In this document: piece by piece, positions 58,103-63,371 of the stretch | Numbering within the stretch: position 1 is the first letter of the stretch | How the letters are laid out: every line of letters starts with the position of its first letter | Made by a program: the position numbers and the translations under genes | The notes under the pieces: model-generated | What the model was told of the DNA's origin: nothing | The model's input: the letters and a program-made list of their open reading frames with translations, nothing else | Databases searched by the model: none | NCBI GenBank assembly: GCA_947631835.1 | Contig: CANRMW010000001.1 | Location: 1-63,371, forward strand | Direction: 5' to 3' | Origin: an uncultured Clostridia bacterium | GTDB lineage: Bacteria; Bacillota; Clostridia; Oscillospirales; Acutalibacteraceae | DNA length: 63,371 bases

Positions 58103-58933
58103 TTGTATAGAAATCTTTGCGACCTGCACAGCCATTCCGACAGCTCCTTCGACGGTACGCTCCCCGCCCGGGAGATGTGCCTGCGCGCCCAGACGCTCGG
58201 CCTGAAATACTACGCGCTGACCGACCACTGCGAGTGCGACCAGTACGACGGCGCGCCGGAGTTCGGCGGGCGGAAGTACCGCGACGCGGTCCGCCGGGCG
58301 TGGGCCGAGATGGAGCCGCTGCAGGCGGAATTTCCTCGGATCCGGTTCCTCAAGGGGATCGAGGTCGGGCAGCCGCTTCAGGACCTTGCGGCGGCGGAGG
58401 ACGCGCTCGCCGGGCGCGATTACGACATCGTGATCGGTTCGGTGCACGGGACGCGCGGGAACCCGGATTTTTACCATCTCGGGAAGGTGCTCATCACGGA
58501 GAAGGCCAAAAACGCGGCCCTCGCGCGGTACTTTGAAGACCTCGCGGACACCGTCGCGTGGGGGAAGTTCGACACGCTCGCGCACATCACCTACCCGCTG
58601 CGGTACATTTACCCCGCCGGGTCGCACCCGACGTTCGAGCGCTTCCAAAAGGAGCTCGACGCGGTGCTTTCGGCGCTGATCGAAAGCGGCAAGGCGCTGG
58701 AGTTCAACACCTCCCGCCTGCTGGACGCGGACTGCCCCGTGCTGCCGGACCGGGAGATCTTCTCGCGGTACTACGCGCTCGGCGGCCGACGGGTGACGCT
58801 CGGCGCGGACGCGCACAACGCCGGAAAGGTCGCGCACGGCATCCCCGAGGCGATGGACCTGCTCTCGGAGATCGGCTTTACGGAGTATACGGTGTTTATC
58901 GGGCGCGAAGCGCACAGCGTGCCGCTCGAATGA
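58103..58933 (+). CDS. Histidinol-phosphatase-like PHP family protein (HisJ/HisK type)
   Basis: DLHSHS-SFDG, TDH, GIEVG, IGSVH, LAH, EFNTS, GADAH. Confidence 0.85.
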   Translation: MYRNLCDLHSHSDSSFDGTLPAREMCLRAQTLGLKYYALTDHCECDQYDGAPEFGGRKYRDAVRRAWAEMEPLQAEFPRIRFLKGIEVGQPLQDLAAAEDALAGRDYDIVIGSVHGTRGNPDFYHLGKVLITEKAKNAALARYFEDLADTVAWGKFDTLAHITYPLRYIYPAGSHPTFERFQKELDAVLSALIESGKALEFNTSRLLDADCPVLPDREIFSRYYALGGRRVTLGADAHNAGKVAHGIPEAMDLLSEIGFTEYTVFIGREAHSVPLE

Positions 58934-58969
58934 TCGGTTTTGTATTTTTCGGAAGGGAGAACCGTTTCT

Positions 58970-59467
58970 ATGGATAAAAAACTGCAAAGGCTCCTTCTGC
59001 TCCTGCAGGAGGACGCGAAGCTCACCCCGGCGCAGCTCGGCGCGATGCTGGATCTTTCGGAAGAGGAGGTCACGGCGGCGATCCGGAAGTTCGAGAAGGA
59101 CGGCGTCGTCAAGGGGTATCGGACGCTCATCAACTGGGAGCGGACCGACGTGAACCGCGCGAGCGCGCTGATCGAGCTGCGCGTCACGCCGCAGAAGGAC
59201 TCCGGATTCGATACGCTCGCCGCGCGCGTCGCGGCGTTCCCGGAGGTAGAGTCCGTCGCGCTGATGAGCGGCGGCTTCGACCTCGCCGTCACCGTGACGG
59301 CGGGGACCATGAGCGAGATCGCCATGTTCGTGGCAAAGCGCCTCGCCACGCTGGACGGCGTGCTCTCCACGGCGACGCATTTCATCCTCACGCGCTACAA
59401 GGACGGCGGCGTCGATTTCGGCGCGGACGACGAGATCGACGAGAGAGGGAGCAATCTTTGTGATTGA
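58970..59467 (+). CDS. Lrp/AsnC family transcriptional regulator
   Basis: N-terminal HTH, MSGGFD, STATHF. Confidence 0.9.
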   Translation: MDKKLQRLLLLLQEDAKLTPAQLGAMLDLSEEEVTAAIRKFEKDGVVKGYRTLINWERTDVNRASALIELRVTPQKDSGFDTLAARVAAFPEVESVALMSGGFDLAVTVTAGTMSEIAMFVAKRLATLDGVLSTATHFILTRYKDGGVDFGADDEIDERGSNLCD

Positions 59468-60632
59468 TTACAGCAGGTTTTTGAACGCGAAGGCGGCGGC
59501 CATCAAGCCCTCGGGCATCCGGCGCTTTTTCGACATCGCGAGCGAGATGGACGACGTGATCTCGCTCTCCATCGGCGAGCCGGATTTCCTCACGCCGTGG
59601 CACGTCCGCGAGGCGGGCATCACGACGCTCGAAAAGGGCCGCACGCGCTACACGCCGAACCGCGGCCTGATGGAGCTGAGGCGCCAGATCTGCCGCTTTA
59701 TGGAGCGGAAATACGGGCTCACCTACGAGCCGGAGACCGACGTGCTCGTCACGGTCGGCGGCAGCGAGGCGATCGACATGGCGCTGCGGTGCCTGATCGA
59801 GCCGGGGGACGAGGTCGTCATCCCGGAGCCGTGCTTCGTCTGCTACGACCCGATGGCCCGCATGGCGGGCGGCGTGCCGGTGCCCGTCGCGACAAAGGCG
59901 GAAAACGGTTTCCGCCTGACCGCCGAGGAGCTGGAGGCGGCGATCACGCCGAAGACGAAGGTGTTGATCTTCCCCTACCCGAACAACCCCACCGGGGCGA
60001 TCATGCGGCGGGAGCACATGGAACCGCTCGCGCGGCTCATCAAGGCGCACGACCTCTTTGTGCTCTCCGATGAGATTTACAGCGAGCTGACCTACGGGCG
60101 GGAGCCGCACGTTTCCATCGCCGCGCTCGAGGGGATGCAGGAGAGGACCGTCGTGGTGAACGGCTTTTCGAAGACCTATGCCATGACCGGCTGGCGGCTG
60201 GGCTATGCGACCGGGCCGAAGGAGATCGTCGCGCCGATGACGAAGCTCCACCAGTACGCCATCATGAGCGCGCCGACGACCTCCCAATATGCGGCGATCG
60301 AGGCGCTGAAAAACGGCGACGAGGACATCGCGGAGATGCGCGGCGAGTACGATATGCGCCGCAGGCTCCTCGTGGACGGCCTCAACCGGCTGGGGCTCAC
60401 CTGCTTCGAGCCGGAGGGCGCGTTCTACGTCTTCCCGAGCATTCGGAAAACGGGCATGACGAGCGAGGAGTTCTGCGAAAAGCTGATCTATTCGAAGCGC
60501 GTGGCGGTCGTCCCCGGAAGCGCGTTCGGCGCTTCGGGAGAAGGGCATGTGCGCATCTCCTACGCGTATTCGATCAAACATCTCGTAGAGGCGCTCGAGC
60601 GCATCCGCGCCTTTTTGGAGGAATTGCCGTGA
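59460..60632 (+). CDS. Class I/II PLP-dependent aminotransferase
   Basis: IGEPDF, YPNNPTG, SDEIY, FSKTYAMTGWRLG. Confidence 0.94.
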   Translation: MIDYSRFLNAKAAAIKPSGIRRFFDIASEMDDVISLSIGEPDFLTPWHVREAGITTLEKGRTRYTPNRGLMELRRQICRFMERKYGLTYEPETDVLVTVGGSEAIDMALRCLIEPGDEVVIPEPCFVCYDPMARMAGGVPVPVATKAENGFRLTAEELEAAITPKTKVLIFPYPNNPTGAIMRREHMEPLARLIKAHDLFVLSDEIYSELTYGREPHVSIAALEGMQERTVVVNGFSKTYAMTGWRLGYATGPKEIVAPMTKLHQYAIMSAPTTSQYAAIEALKNGDEDIAEMRGEYDMRRRLLVDGLNRLGLTCFEPEGAFYVFPSIRKTGMTSEEFCEKLIYSKRVAVVPGSAFGASGEGHVRISYAYSIKHLVEALERIRAFLEELP

Positions 60633-61759
60633 GCGTTTTTCTCGCGAAGCAGGAGACTTACGAGCCGGGATCGCTGTGCCGCACGGTGGACGCGGCGTTT
60701 TCGGCATACCGATTTTATGACAGGATCCGGCCCGGCACACGGGTCATCCTGAAACCGAACCTCATCCTGCCCTCCGCGCCGGAGCACGCGGCCGTCACGC
60801 ACCCGAACGTCGTCGCCGCAGCGGCGAAGTGCCTGATGGAGCACGGGGCCGAGGTGCTCGTCGCGGAGAGCGGCGGCGGGCCGTACAACCCCGCTGCGGC
60901 GAAGGCGTCGTTCCGGGTCTGCGGCTATGCTGCGGCGGCGGAGCAGACGGGCTTTTCGCTCTATACGGAGTGCAAGTACCGGGAAGTTTCCCTGCCTGAG
61001 GGGAAGCGCTGCGGCCGGCTCACGGTGATCGAGCCCTTCGTGCGGCCCGGCGATCTGATCGTGGACATCGCGAAGCTGAAGACCCACGGCATGATGGATT
61101 ATTCCGGCGCGGTGAAGAACCTGTTCGGCGCGGTCCCCGGCCTGATGAAGCCGGAGTTGCACTGCCGCTACCCGGACAGGGAGAGCTTTGCCGAGATGAT
61201 CGTGGACCTGTGCGAGTACATCCGGCCCGATTTTTCGATCATCGACGGCGTCGTGGGGATGGAGGGCAACGGTCCGACGGGCGGCGAGCCGAGAGACGTC
61301 GGCGTGCTGATCGCATCGACGAGCCCGTATGACTGCGACCTCGCGGGGGCCGAGATCATCCGCTTTGACCCGATGGATATCCCGATCCTCAAGAACGCAC
61401 ATGAGCGCGGCCTGTGCGCCGCGTCCTCCGGGGAGATCGAAGTGCTCGGCGCGAAGGTCGGGGACTTCGCCGTCGCGGACTATCGGCACGCGAAGTCGAG
61501 CGACGTGGATTTCCTCGCGCACTTCCCGAAATTCATGCGTCCGGCCCTGCGCAGGCTCACGACGCCCTACCCGAAGATCCAAAAGAAGGCATGCGTGGGC
61601 TGCGGCAAATGTGCGGAGAGCTGCCCGCAGCACACGATCACGTTGCGCGAACACAAGGCGGAGATCGATTATTCGAAGTGCATCCGCTGCTTCTGCTGCC
61701 ATGAAATGTGCCCGAAGCACGTCATCGAGATCCGGCGTTTTTCGCTGTTCAATCTGTGA
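60629..61759 (+). CDS. DUF362 protein with C-terminal 2x[4Fe-4S] ferredoxin
   Basis: LKPNL, THP, KLKTH, AVKNLFG, MEGNGP; CVGCGKC-CP and CIRCFCCHEMCP. Confidence 0.88.
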   Translation: MSVFLAKQETYEPGSLCRTVDAAFSAYRFYDRIRPGTRVILKPNLILPSAPEHAAVTHPNVVAAAAKCLMEHGAEVLVAESGGGPYNPAAAKASFRVCGYAAAAEQTGFSLYTECKYREVSLPEGKRCGRLTVIEPFVRPGDLIVDIAKLKTHGMMDYSGAVKNLFGAVPGLMKPELHCRYPDRESFAEMIVDLCEYIRPDFSIIDGVVGMEGNGPTGGEPRDVGVLIASTSPYDCDLAGAEIIRFDPMDIPILKNAHERGLCAASSGEIEVLGAKVGDFAVADYRHAKSSDVDFLAHFPKFMRPALRRLTTPYPKIQKKACVGCGKCAESCPQHTITLREHKAEIDYSKCIRCFCCHEMCPKHVIEIRRFSLFNL

Positions 61760-61766
61760 GGTCCAA

Positions 61767-62633
61767 ATGGAGATCAGGGCTTTCGCTAAAATCAATCTGA
61801 CGCTCGACATCGTGGGGCGGCGGGAGGACGGGTTCCACCTGCTCGACAGCGTGATGCAGTCGGTGTCGCTCTTTGACACGGTGTCCGTTTCGCTGAACGA
61901 AAGCGGCGCGGTGCGGCTCGCGTGCAGCGCGCCGGGTGTCCCCACCGACGAAAAAAACACGGCGTTCCGCGCGGCGCGGTTCTTTCTCGACGCGGCCGGG
62001 CTTCCCTTCGGCGCGGATATCCGCATCGAAAAGCGGATCCCGAGCGAGGCGGGGCTCGGCGGCGGCAGCGCGGACGCGGCGGCGGTGCTCCGCGCGCTGA
62101 ATGCGCTCGCCGAAGAGAAGGGGGAAGCGCCGCTCGCGCTCGGCGAGCTGCTGTACCTCGCGATGCGCGTCGGCGCGGACGTGCCGTTCTGCGTGCTGAA
62201 CGGGACGCAGCGCTGCGGCGGGATCGGCGAGCGGATGGTGCCGCTCGCGCCGCTGCCCGCGTGCGGCATCGTGATCCTCAAGCCCGAGGCGGGCGTTTCG
62301 ACGCCGGAGGCGTACCGCGCTGCGGACGCGGCCCCGGACGACGGGAAAAGATACACCCCGGCGTTCGTGCGCGCGCTGGAGCGGCGGTCGCTCGCGGATG
62401 CGGCGCGCGCGCTCGGCAACCGCTTCGAGGACGCGCTCGGTATCCCGGAATGCAAAGCGGCGCGCGAGGCGCTCCTCGCGGCGGGCGCGCTCGGCGCGGC
62501 GATGACCGGCAGCGGCTCGGCGGTGTTCGGGATCTTCCCGACGCAAAGCGAAGCGGAGGCGGCGTGCGAGGCGCTTTCCTCCCAGTGGCCGCGCGCTTTC
62601 GCGGTGCGCCCCGTGGGGACGTCGGACAGATAA
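61767..62633 (+). CDS. ispE: 4-diphosphocytidyl-2-C-methyl-D-erythritol kinase
   Basis: AKINLTLD, IPSEAGLGGGSADAAA, GADVPF, MTGSGS. Confidence 0.95.
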   Translation: MEIRAFAKINLTLDIVGRREDGFHLLDSVMQSVSLFDTVSVSLNESGAVRLACSAPGVPTDEKNTAFRAARFFLDAAGLPFGADIRIEKRIPSEAGLGGGSADAAAVLRALNALAEEKGEAPLALGELLYLAMRVGADVPFCVLNGTQRCGGIGERMVPLAPLPACGIVILKPEAGVSTPEAYRAADAAPDDGKRYTPAFVRALERRSLADAARALGNRFEDALGIPECKAAREALLAAGALGAAMTGSGSAVFGIFPTQSEAEAACEALSSQWPRAFAVRPVGTSDR

Positions 62634-62694
62634 GCGCCCCGCGAGGGCCGGCAAGGGAGATTTTCCGCTTCCCGGTTTTTTTTCGAGAAAGGTC

Positions 62695-62722
62695 TTGACT
62701 TTTGCCGGAAACGTGATATAAT
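62695..62722 (+). promoter_or_regulatory. tRNA operon promoter
   Basis: TTGACT-N16-TATAAT with TG. Confidence 0.7.
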
Positions 62723-62751
62723 TAAGCTATGCTGTCCGGCAGGAACAGTAT

Positions 62752-62825
62752 AGCGGTATTGTGTAAGGGTAGCACAGCAGACTCTGACTCTGTTTGTCTG
62801 GGTTCAAATCCTGGTACCGCTGCCA
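62752..62825 (+). tRNA. tRNA-Gln(CTG)
   Basis: AGCGGTA/TACCGCT acceptor, anticodon loop CTCTGAC, GTTCAAATC, CCA. Confidence 0.95.
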
Positions 62826-62859
62826 AAATACAGCCTCGGTGTGCCGGGGCTGGATTTTT

Positions 62860-62936
<77 letters not shown>

Positions 62937-62966
62937 TGGCGTGAAATCAATTTAGATAATGCGCAG

Positions 62967-63003
62967 AAAAACCCCGAAACCATGCGGTTTTCGGGGCTTT
63001 TTC
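62967..63003 (+). terminator. Terminator after the tRNAs
   Basis: CCCCGAAAC/GTTTTCGGGG plus T run. Confidence 0.7.
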
Positions 63004-63371
63004 TGTCTCGTTTTTTTGTGCTCGTTTCGTAGATAATTTTCTTGGGAAAGACCCGTTTTAGAGGATTTGAACTTCATTTTGGGTTTTTAATGTCGTTTTC
63101 GGAAGAAAAAATCAGGCTTTTTGAGCGCGGTTAAGCGCACGAAAATGTTAAATTTTCGTGTCGAAACAGCGATTTGGAAGCATGGGTAGCACGAAAAGAA
63201 TATACAGGGAATTCAGCCGATTGCTTTGTGAAAAGCAGTCGGCTTTTTTCATATCCAAAAATAGAAGACTAACTATTAGAAGTCAAGAGGGAAGATGAAA
63301 AAATGTACGGAAGGGAAGGTGGATTTCAAGACAGAAAAAGAGTATAAGAGAGCAGGCGCCCGCAGGGGCAC

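Overview
High-GC Firmicutes (Clostridia; Oscillospiraceae/Ruminococcaceae-like by gene content and sigma-A promoter style, inferred) chromosomal window, mostly housekeeping and carbohydrate/transport genes: metK with a SAM-I riboswitch, recD2, rpe, two ABC exporter operons, malQ, fucO, coaBC, CorC/HlyC, M18 peptidase, iorAB, GH13, fucose/arabinose-type isomerase, AraC plus GH31 (yicI), an amino-acid ABC importer, gluQ, SRP RNA-dnaX-ybaB-recR-smpB-tmRNA, pgk-tpiA-gpmI, trmL, ispE and three tRNAs (Pro-GGG, Gln-CTG, Pro-CGG). Stretches the gene list does not explain: (1) a lower-GC run of small genes at the left edge (1-2570) where three consecutive stop codons are each followed by the same ~19-bp motif, suggesting a gene-cassette array with non-attC sites; (2) a modular palindromic repeat family with compensatory stem changes around the amino-acid ABC operon and before fucO; (3) a 700-bp scar between convergent tRNA-Pro and tmRNA holding a tyrosine-integrase pseudogene and an att-like palindrome with an orphan reading-frame tail at the tmRNA 3' end; (4) a coupled MORN-repeat plus MBL-fold gene pair; (5) a candidate structured leader before the CorC gene; (6) a 37-aa insertion in Pgk. 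All calls were made by eye; no searches or folding programs were run.
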